Below, in pieces: positions 46,901 through 58,000 of a stretch of 64,000 nt of DNA. The position numbers and the translations under genes were made by a program. Under the pieces are notes generated by a model. The model saw nothing but the letters and a program-made list of their open reading frames with translations, was not told the DNA's origin and made no database searches. Within the stretch, counting starts at the first letter, position 1. Each line of letters opens with the position of its first letter. The stretch comes from Raillietiella orientalis (taxonomy: Eukaryota): contig JAYWIR010000031.1 of the NCBI GenBank assembly GCA_036172245.1, positions 434,001 through 498,000 on the forward strand, read 5' to 3'.

Positions 46901-49900
46901 GAAATCAATACCCCCGATCTTGGTCTTCATCGGGATCTTTGGAACAGTATGATAATTGCGAAACTGCCAGATGGGAAAGGTTGATGGTGCGAGCACTCGC
47001 GGCTGCAGAGACTGTGCTACTGGATGGATTGGTTTCTCCTGACCTTTTTCCTCGCCGCAAGCTAACACCGGGGAGGACAATTCGAAAGAGAATTTTTTTG
47101 GGCGTTCTTCCATGATCCGGTTCGGCTCTCCGGAAATCGAGAGACAGAAGCAACTCGCTGCTCTTGTCGTGCAAGCAGCGGTCTCCGCTGCAGTCGTCGT
47201 CTCTCCCGCGCTAAGGCGGTTCCGCGGCCAGGATAGTTGAACCGGAGGAATGTCCTCGAAAGAACACGGAGCGGTACGTTTCTTTGCCTTCATTACCCCT
47301 TACGGGTCGAAATCCCTTTCAACGATCCGGAATTTTCTACGCTTTAAGATCAAAACTCCATCGGAAGAACTGCAAAAAAACCGCATCTCTTTCCCTTGTG
47401 AGCGCTCACCCGCCCGTCCTCAGCAGCCCAAGGCAAATCGCCCACCGTCTTTTCTGTCCGTGACGTACATCCTCAGCACTTGCCTTCAGCATCCGCAAAT
47501 GCGGAAAGAGAGTGGCTTCCACTCCACGGACGGAGGCTTCGCCAAAGAGCTGCGACTTCGAAAATTCGGCTTCCTCGGTGACAGCATGATTTTCCGCCCT
47601 TCCTGTTGGGAGTGAGCTCCCCTCTCCCTCGCCCCTTGATCTTCAGCCTCCGCGCCTTCCCTCTCTGTATCCAAGAGGAAACCCATGTCCAGTATCTCTT
47701 TGACTTCGCCTGTGGAGCCCTCGGCGACCCGATGAGCCATCATCCCCTCATTCAGTCCGTAAGGCGCCACCGTCCAGCCGCTCGAGATCACTCGTTCGTT
47801 CTAGGAGGAGGCGCCATGATGACGCTGCAGCTCAGCTGCGAGATCTGCACTGTGCTGGACGAGGACACACACGAGGGAGAAAAAGAAAGTTCATCGCAGG
47901 TTTCGAGCGTGAAGTTCTTGCTCCTCCAAATGAGGGACCCTACCGCAGATTCCCTCTCGTCGCAGTCCCGATCACCTCCGTAGCTGCCTTTCGCAAAGGG
48001 GAGCGCTCTCTGGGTGAAGCAGCTCCTCTCGGGTTCTGTCCTGCCTTCTCTGGAGTGTAGAAGGACGCCGGTGCCACACGCCTCGCCGCCGGCTCCTCCG
48101 TCCTCACCCACGGCTTCCAAAAAATAAAGAATGTTCACTCTAGCGGGCACCTGCAGGGGGAAAGGGCTCAAGGGGGAAGATTGCAAGATTCGTTGGAAAA
48201 CAGCCAGGTTTTGATGGGCCCAGCAAACCGGAGGACCGGCGAATTCAGCTTTTTCCAAGCGGCTTCTCCTTGTACACCTGGTGGTGGATCGATCCAACCA
48301 CGTGGACGTCGGTCCCTGAAGAGACTGCTTCCCGGAAGTCTCTAGGACCGTCCGATTCGCCCAAGGGCTTCTTCGGTCCTTCAACGCGCTGCTCGTGTGA
48401 CCAGTGCGAGCTCCTTCGTAGGAAGATGAAAACGCAGCCGGTCGTGGGGCCATCCACAGAGAGGGTTGCCGGCAAAGTCTCGCATCTCCTTGCTGGTGAG
48501 CAGAAGATGCAACGGTATCTGCGGCAAGCCCTTGCAGCTTGCAGACAGTGACCACCCATTCCGGGGCTGGTCCTCTACCCTCGGGAATGACACGCTGACG
48601 AAGTCCTGGCCGCCATCTCTGAGGACACAATCGGAAACAGAAAGGGGGGGAGGAGGAATCTTCGCTTGGTCCGGAAAGGTCATCTGAATGCTTTGGTACC
48701 TCCGGACAGGTGTCAGTGATTGGCTGCCGATCCGAAAGGCTCTAGAAGAGGAGGAAGGGAGAGAGAGAAGAAAGAAGAGAAGAAGAGCTTCCTCTTCTCT
48801 TCTTTCTCGGGTGATGGTCCATGAAGGAAGTGGAGAAGAAGAGGAAGGAAGGAAGGGAAAAAGATAAGTGAGGGAGGAAGAAGAAAGGAAAAGGAGTAAG
48901 ATGAGAAGGATGGGAGTGTGGGGATCCAGCGCGAAGATGAAGTGGCTATGCGGACTCCAAGAAGCGAAGAGGTGAAGGAGGAGGCGAACCTGGAGAGTTC
49001 GTTTTCTTCATTCTTTCGGGAAACGAGAGGATAGTGAAAGATTCCCAGGAGCTTCGGCCTCCACGCCGAGTGTCGGGAAAGGGAGAGGGCAGGGCTGCGT
49101 GCGGCACTGGAGTTTCTTCCGCAGCACCGCCTTCCCCTTCCTCTGTGAAGGGGAGCGAGCGCGCCGATCTAAGGACGTCTCCTTGTGTCACCTTGCGCTT
49201 GCCAGCGGAGAAGTGGGGAGAAGAAGATGACGGTGAAGATGAGGGAGTAAAGGCGCAAGGGTGCGAAGAATCAGGCTTCTCAACCCGAGAGTCAGGTCCT
49301 CGGCCGCAACTGGTACCGCTTCCGGGCCAGCAGGTGGAGCCCCCCCCTCCTTCCGTCCTTTCCCGCACAGGCTGCTTCGGCAGCGCCTTCTGCTTCTCCC
49401 CGACCGAATCCCGCCGCTGCAGGATCGGGAACCCTCCAGGCACACTGCCTCCAGTTCGGGACGGGCCTCCGTGGCCTTTGCAGACCGCGGAGACGGAAGG
49501 TTTCGAAGGATCTGCCGTGGCCGCAGGCGAGTGGCAGGGACAAGGCGGCGTCCCTCCCTGCCCTGAAAGCACCTGAACTCCACCTCATGGGGAGCAGAGA
49601 CGCTTCTGACGGGGCGCAACCGACCCGTTTCACCTGTGGGAGCGCCTCGGAATCCTCGTTCCCCTTTCTTTCCCCAGACTTCAGGATCCGCTCGGGATTC
49701 CTCGAGAGGACAATCCCGGGATCTCGGACGAAGTCTCGTGGGGGGGAACGCGCGCCCACCTTGTTCTTCGTCGGCTTCAAGAGCGGCCTGCTTGCTCTCC
49801 AGGAAGCGGCAACCATTTCATGGGAGCCGATCAGCGCCAGAGGGAAGAAAGCCTCCCCTGCCTCCCGCCCGTGGTGCTCCTCTCCCACCTTATAGACAGG

Positions 49901-50478
49901 GAGGAGTTCGGGAGCTTGTTCCGGGAACGGCTCTTCCGTGAGGGAGTTCCAGAGGCAGGGAGAGTCTGCGCTGCAGGAGCCGCCTGATGGAGTCGCTCTG
50001 GAGGATGTGCAACCCCTCCTGGCATTCCCGAAGATTGTCGGTTTCCCCGTCTTCGCAACTCCGCTCCGGCCGAAGCGGAAGGCCCCACGGGCCACTCTTC
50101 CTTCTCGGAGGGTTCCTTCTCCAGGAAGACCCGCAGGTCGCGAACCTTCCCCGGCAGAGGTTGAGGTCTCAGCGGTTAGATTCTGCCAAGTCTGCACGAC
50201 TGCAGAGCAGGAAGCTGGGAGGAGGAAGCGGCTGCTCCTGGGGACTCCCTAGAGCAGGAAGGGAAAGATTCCACATCCCGATCGAAATCCGTGGGATTCC
50301 CGGGAGAGAGGAGACAGGATTCCGGTAGAAGGGGCGGCGGAGTATTCCGGAGCATCTTCCAAGGAGCGCCCACCCATCTTGAGGGTTCCTCAGGGAGCGT
50401 CCGTCGCCGAGGCGATCTGGCTTGCAGAATCAGGAGTCCCCTCTGGCAGCGGAGCTTCCTGATCCCCTAACCCCCCTT

Positions 50479-51577
50479 CTCCTATACGCGAGCAAGTGCG
50501 CGCGCACGCTCTTCTTGACATGGGAGGCGAGTTCCGAATCCCCAGGGGCACTTCGTCGCTTCTGCCTCTGTCTCCTGGTCAGCGAGGTTTTACCCGATAC
50601 TTCCCCGTGCGCCTCCTCCCGCGGGAAGGAGGTCCGACTCTGACCCCGCGCGTGACTGATCGCCGGGCCCAAATTGCAAGGTGAACGTGGGAGCGGGAGA
50701 GAGGTCAAATCGCCATCGGCGGCTGAAAGAGAGCTGACAGCGAGAAGGTTCGCTCTCGATTCCTCATCTCATCTGGAGGCGGCCGGCCGCACCCGGAAAA
50801 AGGTGGGCTCGTGGGAAAGGAAAGAGGTGCGAGGGGAGGAGGAGGAATGAAGATGCCGGTTTTCTTTCGACCACAGCATCCGACGGGGCTCAGGGAGAAC
50901 GGTCCCGTGACCAGAGGCAGGTGCATCCGCCTCCGAGGCCTGCATCCACCTAAGAAGCAGAGAGCCGCGGTCGCAGGTCGAGGAGGAGGAGGCCTGCAGG
51001 GCGGCAATCGGCGAGCGACGTCTCCACGCGATGGGCCGCTGGCCGGCCTCTCATCCAAAAGAAACGACTACCCTCCTCCTCCTGTTGCCGGGAACGCCCT
51101 CTCGGAAAAATTGCGATCCCGCGACACTGGAGGGACCAGATCTCGTGGCTGATGAGGGTACGAGCGATGCGTGACAGAGGAAGAGGAAGGATGGAGGAGG
51201 AGAGAGAGGAAGAGGGCGATGCGGAGCCCGCTGCCCTGCCTCTGAGAGGTGGGTGGGTGCCTTTGTGCTCCTTTCCTCCGGCTCCTGCCTCTTCCCTTCC
51301 CTCCTCCCGCGCTCTCTCCCTCGAGAGGGAGATGCAGATGCAAGGTTCTCCTTCTCTTCTTCTCCTTTTAGTCTCTCCTTATGTCTCTCTCCTCTCCCTC
51401 CTTTCCTCTTCTTCTCCTCCTTTCCCTCTTCCTGCCTTCCTCTTCCTTTTCTAGAACCTTTCGGATCGTCATCCGATCGCTGACCAGGAGGCAGAGGCAG
51501 AAGCGGCGGAACGCCCCCGGTAATGAGGGACTCGGTTCCTTCGTCAGGAAGAGCTCTCGCGCGCTCGCGTATGGGAG
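50479..51577. repeat. Diverged inverted repeat, arms ~50479-50585 and ~51477-51577
   Basis: GGGGCACTTCGTCGCTTCTGCCTCTGTCTCCTGGTCAGCGA versus the reverse complement of TCGCTGACCAGGAGGCAGAGGCAGAAGCGGCGGAACGCCCC. Both translate to GA(L/F)RRFCLCLLVS(E/D). Confidence 0.8.
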
Positions 51578-52033
51578 CAGGGAGGAAGGTTGGGGCTCCG
51601 TCGCCGTCGGGAGCTCCTGACCCCGCCAGCCAGGTTGCTTCGTCGGTGCATGCTCCCTGAGGGGTCCCGGAGGACGCGACTCTTCCCACCTCGCAGCTGC
51701 AGCAGGGCGATTGGCGAGGGGCGGAAGCTTTCCTGGAATAGGAACTGGTCCAGGGCGCTCCCGTTGAGAGACAGAATGGAAGAATCTGTAAGGAGGAAGC
51801 AGCTTCCAAGACGGCGAACCCTTTCCAGGAGCGACCGGACAGCGGTCCAGGGCTTCAGACAAGAGGAGAGGAAGATGTTCTCTCAGATGCAGCTGGAATG
51901 CCCATCTCCATTCGAAGGTCCCTGCTGCCAGCCTGTCCTGGAAGAGAAGCCCAGAAGAAAGGAGACGATGAAGGGGTTGTTGACTGTGTGGTGGTGGTGG
52001 AGAGGAGGAGGAGGAGGAGGAGAAGGGAGACAA
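51368..52033 (-). CDS. Hypothetical ~220-aa ORF, member of an apparent local paralogue family
   Basis: Its central motif is shared with 16331..16918(+) and its C-terminal motif with 50422..50643(+). There is no clear ATG start. Confidence 0.3.
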   Translation of the reverse strand: MSPFSSSSSSSPPPPHSQQPLHRLLSSGLLFQDRLAAGTFEWRWAFQLHLREHLPLLLSEALDRCPVAPGKGSPSWKLLPPYRFFHSVSQRERPGPVPIPGKLPPLANRPAAAARWEESRPPGPLREHAPTKQPGWRGQELPTATEPQPSSLLPYASARELFLTKEPSPSLPGAFRRFCLCLLVSDRMTIRKVLEKEEEGRKRERRRRRGKEGEERDIRRD

Positions 52034-55000
52034 TAACGACGGAATTGTTGATGGTGCTGACTGTCAACGCGCCCTTAAAGGGAAGCCCAGAAGAAGCCTG
52101 CGGCGGACCTGGGGACGACGGTGGCTCAGGAGCCGGTGCTCTGTGAAGAGAAAAGAAAGAACCAGTGACCGTCTTCTCGCTCTCTGCTGGCTCCCTCTAA
52201 AAGGTCAACTGGGCACGAGTGGCCATCGAGGAGCTTCAAGTGGACCCAACTCCTTCCCTGGAAGGCTTGCTCTCCGTTCCTCCCGGATGCTGCTAGTGCA
52301 GCTCGGCGCAGATCGAAGTAACCATCTCGGTCAACTCTGGACCTCCCCTCCGCCTTCTACTCGCAGCCAAGATGGCTGAGGAAGCCACGAAAGGGTCGCA
52401 GCCACGAAAGGCAGCGAGCGGGTGCATGACCTCGGTGCCACCCAGTCTTCCACGTCAGCCGCCATCCTTCGCGTTTGGGGACGAAGCGCCACCTGCAGCG
52501 GCTGCCTGGGGAGTGCCGGATGTCACTGAGGAGGGGATTTCGGGCTGGTTGGGAGCTCCGGCAGACTCCCAGGAAGGGGAAGCTGTGCCTCCAGAATGCC
52601 TCTGGTGCACATCCTTATCGCAAAACTCCCGCTCCCTCGGGTGATAGTCCACGGAAATGGAGTGCTGGAAACGTGGGCAAAGGTCCGTAGCGAAAAAAAG
52701 GTCCGCTCGCTCCTCAAGGCTGCGCGTCTACACTCTCCCGTTCTGGAAGGCTTCTTTCTTCCCGGAGGGAACCACTGTCGGGCCACGAGATCCAGGGAGG
52801 AGGACGAGATGTGATGCGGCGCGGCTCCAGAAAATCCATCCGTTTCACCCCTGAAATTCCTGTCGCGAAGCAGACGTCATTCTGTCACTCTGGAGAAGTC
52901 TTTGCCTCCTCAGCATCCGCAACATCACCGCCACCGTCATACCCTCCTTCTCCTCCTCCCCGACACCGCCATCAACAACCCTGCCGTTTTCGACTCCCTC
53001 CATCTCCACTTAATTGCAAGTGTCGGAAGAGCTATAGAGGTGGTGCATCTACGAAGCGGTCGCCACCTCCAACCCACTTCTCCTGCCTGCTGCTGCTGCT
53101 GCCACCTGCTCCTGGCCATGACCCTCGCTATCACACCCCTGCAGCAATCCCAGCTGTTTGACTTCGCCCCGTTTCTGCCGCCGCGCCTCCCCCGCCAAGT
53201 CTGTTCGGCGGAAGAGCCGACGACCCATGCTGTTGGAGACGAGGGCGAAGCTGGAGGGAAGCGCGTGGAAGGCGGGAGGAGGAGTGACCGCGCCTCCCGC
53301 CGCACTTTTGCCGACCGCGCTCCCCCCCGGGTGCCGCTGACCTTCGAAAAAGCTTTCCCTCCGAGGAGCGGGCGGAGGATGGTCCCACGCTGAGAGATGG
53401 TAGCTCACGAAGGGGAGGAGGGGAAGCGCACGTGGGGTCGCGGTTGGGGTTCCCTCCTCGCTCTCCCTCGGGGAGGGGGTCCAGAGAGCCCTGCGAGTGG
53501 TCTCTGCCGTCGCTCCGGGAGACGTCGCCTCTGCCGGCGCCCGGCGCGATTGGAGGTCGCGCCTGCGCTCGAGAGCTGCCATGCGCGCGGCTATAAAGGG
53601 AGGGAGGAAGGCGCGCGCGCCTCCCATTCGCGAGCGCTCCGCCGCCGCCGCCGCTGCCGGTTGCTGCTGTTACGAGTGTGTGCGTCGCGCGTGCGCTCCC
53701 GGCGGGGTCGAGTGCGCGCGCGTGCGCTGCTGGTGGTGGTGCTGTCCAGAGGAGGCAGGCGTATCCCCTGACGACGTGGAGGTGCGCGAGCGCACGGTCG
53801 CGCGGAAGTCGCCGCCGGCCCCGCGTGGTGGGCACGCCGGCAGAGGCTCCCTCCTGCGGATCGGGAGTCTGGGAACCGCGGAAGCTGCATCTGGACCGCA
53901 GGAGCCGCGTCCCTGACCTCGAGGGTTGCGGCGACAGCAACGGCAGCAGCCTGGAGCCGGGTAAGGCGGCAGCGACCGCGTCCCTCCCCCGCCTCGGCCG
54001 GTCTCCACGAAGACAGACCTCATTCCCGCCCCCCTGCCCTCCACCACCCGTTCCTGGAGGACTCCCTCCGTAACGTGCAACGAGAAAGGCAGAAAGGGCA
54101 GCAGGGAGAGGACGCCACGGAGACCTCTCCATCCGCGTTGCCTGGCGATGGAGACCCGACCGTCCCGACGGAGGACCCTACCGAGTCCTTCCTGCCCTCC
54201 CCTCCTCCCCTTCTCGAGCATATGTTCCCCCCCCCCATCTCACGCCACGCCGCTCCTGGATCCTGCCCTCCCTGCTTCTCGCCTCGCCACCGCCCTTCCG
54301 CTCCTCCCGTTCCCCCGTCGTTCTATCAGTGCCGACCCCATCCGTCCCGTGCCCCTGCCCTTCCTTCCAGCGTCCCGCTTCCCACCGGCCCCGCTGACGG
54401 CTTCTCTGCTTTCCAGGATCATCTCCCGCGGCCCCCAGGCCGCAGCGGCCTGCGGGAGCGCCTTCGCGCCGTCTCCGCGGCAGCAACGTCGTGCTGCTCG
54501 CCGCCGCAGCTTGCTGCTGGCTGCTGCTCGCCGGGATCGCAACTGCCGTCGAGCTCGGTAAGAAGGTGGGGGTGGGGCAGGGGTCTCCCGAAGGGGTGCG
54601 GCGCTCGACCCTTCCTGCCCTTCTCTGCAGGGAACTGCCGCTGTTTCCCTGGCAACGGCGATCGGGAGGAGCTGACCTTCCCTTTCCTCCTGCTCTTCCT
54701 CCCCCCCCCTTCCCCTCCATCCTTTCGGCGTCCTCCAGGCTCTGGCGTGCGCAGGCGTTTCCATGATTACGCGCGTCTTCCTCCTCCCGCGCGGCGGTTC
54801 AGCGCCGCCTCAGCGGATGCAGAGGGAAGATCCTCCTCAGAGCAAAAGGGAAGACGAGTTGAAGGAGCCCCCCCCCCCTCGGGGCAGGGGCAAGGGAAGA
54901 GGAGGAGGCGACTTCACGTCTCCGCGCAGTTCCCTGCAGCAGTCCAGCCTCCCTTCCCCTGACCCGGCTTAGGCGCGCGCCCTCGGTCCTCGGCGTCTTT

Positions 55001-58000
55001 CCCCGAGAACCCGCGCGCTTGCCCTGGGACACTGGCACCCCTGGCTGCGGCAGCCGTGTGTCTCGACCGCCGAAGAGGCTTCTCCGCCCGCGACCTGGCC
55101 TCAGCTATCATCGCCCTCGGGCGCTGCTCATCGCGGTTGCCAGTCCCCCTCCGCCCCCCCTTCCTGTCCAGCAAAGGCGTCACGTCTGCCCTCCCACCTC
55201 CGCGGACGAGGGAGGGGAGGAAATGGCAACTGCTTAGGGAAGTAGAGGGAAGTGGAGCCATGAGGAGTTCGGGGTTGCGAGGGGCCTCCGAGGACGAGGG
55301 CCAGCTCGCTGCCCAAGGGACTTGCAGCCCTCTCCCTTCCCTGGCTCGGTGGAGAAAAGAGGGAGCTCTTTGGCAGCCCACCCGGAGGCACTGCTATGGG
55401 AAGAAAACCCTCATCTCCCTCGGGGCGGCGCGAGCCGGGACCGCTCGAAGCGTCGCGTCACGAACGTGATCGATAACCCGGGATGCTGCAGCTGCTGGAG
55501 CCGCTGCCGTGAGGGAACTATCGGTCGGTCGTTGATGGCTGTGTGTATGTGGGAGAGGAGGAGGGGAGGAAGGAGGAGTAAGAAGGCACAAAAAGGGAGA
55601 GAAGGAGAAAGTGAGAGACAGTGGGAGAAAGAGAAAAAAAGGGAGAGCGGGGAGAAGACCCTGGGCTCGGTGGCAAACACGAAACGTAGACACAGGAGAA
55701 CTTTAGGGATGCAGACGGGTGCGAAAGGAGCGCGAGGATAAGAGGACGAGGAGGATGGAGAGGATCCGGCACAGCTGGGCTTTCTCTCGCTCGTCTGCGC
55801 TTCCTTCCCTCCTGCTCCTCTTCCTCCTCCCTCGCTACCTTCGCCTTTCCCTCCTCCGCTTGCTGTGGAGGGTGCGCGCCACTTCCCAAGCGCGGAGACA
55901 CCCGCCTGCTTTTCCCCTCCTCCTCCGCCCGCGGCCTCCCTCCGTGCGCGTAATGTCGTGACTTCCCCGGCGACCCGCGTCGGTCGGTGGTTGCTCGCCG
56001 CCGCCGCCGCCGCCGCCGGCGCTCCTTTTGAGAACTCATCCTCCCTCCCGTTCCTGGCCGAGGACCGCCGCCTGCCCGTTCGGCGGAGGCCATAAACAAC
56101 CGCGCGCCCCCCGACGCTCGCCCCCGCGCCCTTTGTGCGCTGGAATTTTCGCGCGACTCCAGCGACCCCGCCTGCTCTCGGTTTTTCCGGTGTTCCATCT
56201 CTTCGGCGTCCGCCTGGAGCTGCATCCTTCTTGGAGAGCGCGTCTGAGGGCGCTCGCATTCCTTCCGTGTCCCTTCATCCGCCCCAAGTCTACCTCCCCC
56301 TTCTCCTCCTGTACCCTTACCTCTTCACACCCTTCTTTCTCTCTTTCTCGCCCCCTGCGCCAATTCCCGTTCACTCGTTCCTTCACCTCCTGGCTCCTGT
56401 CCCCCCTCACCTCTGCGGCCCGGTTTCTGCCCTCGACAGGGCGGTAGCCGCCTTGCCACCCGCCTCCCTGCTCAATCTCGTTCCTCCGGCCACCCGCGCG
56501 TGAGGCTCGCGCGCGTCGGGAAAGTCCCGCCACCGTTCCCCGCCGGCTGCCGAACTTTGCCGGGCCTCAGTTTCCAGACTGCCAGCGGGGGGCGCTTCGG
56601 CTCCGTTGCGACCGCGAGCCGATCTCTTCGGCCGTTTCGGTTTCCTGCTGTCCTTCCCGAGGGACTGCTGCCTCGGGCGCGGGAAGCGCCTATCGTTACC
56701 AAGCCGGGGATGAATCAGTCCTCCCCCTCCCCTGCCCACTCCTTAGCTGGAATCGCCTGGCTGGAACGTGCCTTGCTGCTGCTGGTGCCGCTGCCCCCTG
56801 CGGGCGGGAAACGCGACGGAAGACGGTTGATCCTTGCGGCAGCTTCCCCCGCGTCCCGGCGGCGCCTCGGGAGCGGAAGCGGTCTCCGAACCGCCTCAGG
56901 CCCTTTCCTGAAGCGCGTGCGGGCAAGGGTCGCCTGTTATCCTGTCCGCAATGCCCTCCCTTTCCCGGGTCTACAAGGACGAGGTCAGGGCGGCAAACTC
57001 GAAAAAGCTGCTCTGACTGTCAGCACGTCCGGGGGGGGGGGGAGAGTGTCTGATGGCTGCAGCGGAGACTTGACATGCGCCATCGTGACGCCTCTCGTCT
57101 TCTCCGCTTTCAAAGAAACGAGGCGCACCGTGGTCCGCATCCCAGAGCTTTGCCCAAGGAGGGCAGGAAGAGTCTATAGCCGGAGGATGGCGCTGGTGGC
57201 TGCACATGAAGATTCAGAAGAGTCCATGTGGACGTGCGCGTCGTCATCTTCCGCAGGTGATGCAGGACGCGGATAAGAGGGAGAGGAGGAGGACCAGGGT
57301 AGCTCGGCGGCAACGCCTCTTCGGATGCACGCTCTTCTTCTGGAGGTCGGGAAAGGCGGGCCCCCAAGAGAGCGAGAAGGCGCCCTTCGCAAATGTAACC
57401 CGGCGCCCGTCCGTCTCCACCTCCATCTCCCGGAGCGAGAGAGAGGAAGCGGGGGTGGAGTGGTCGGGAGGTGACGAGGCTGCTGCTTCCCAGGATGGCG
57501 TCCTCGGGTAGTCCCCGAGATTTCCTCCTGCAGCCTCTCTCCGGGTCCTCGGATTCGGCTGGCCCAGAGTCGCGCCATCGTCCGGCGGCGTCCCTCCCTG
57601 CCGAGAGGGGGTGCCTCGGCGTTCCTCAGTCAGCGAGAACGCGCGCCCCTTCCAAGAGCCGCCCTTACTTCGTTTCCCTCCTCCTTTCCCGCCCGCCCGG
57701 CTGGAAGCAATCTTCCCGTGATCCCATGCCTCCCGGATTTCTTTGCGCTCGCAATCCATCTTCCGCGGTTCGCTCCGGGATGCCTCCCGAACCAATCTGG
57801 TCCATTCCCGAGATAAACTTTCTCGCCCCGCCAGCTCGGGAGAATCGACTGGATTTTGCCGAGCTGGAGATCCAGAGATGCTGGCCCTCCGCCTCACCCC
57901 TCCTCTCGGGACGCTGCCTCTGCTCCCCCGTACATTTTTAACGAGGGAGGCGCTGCCAGCCTTCAGGCGCAGTCAGGTGGAGGAAGGCGGCAGCGGACGT

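Noticed and set aside
52596..52814. TBP-like resemblance in RVIVHGNGVLETWAKVRSEKK
   Set aside because: Only a superficial pattern; the conserved TBP residues are absent.
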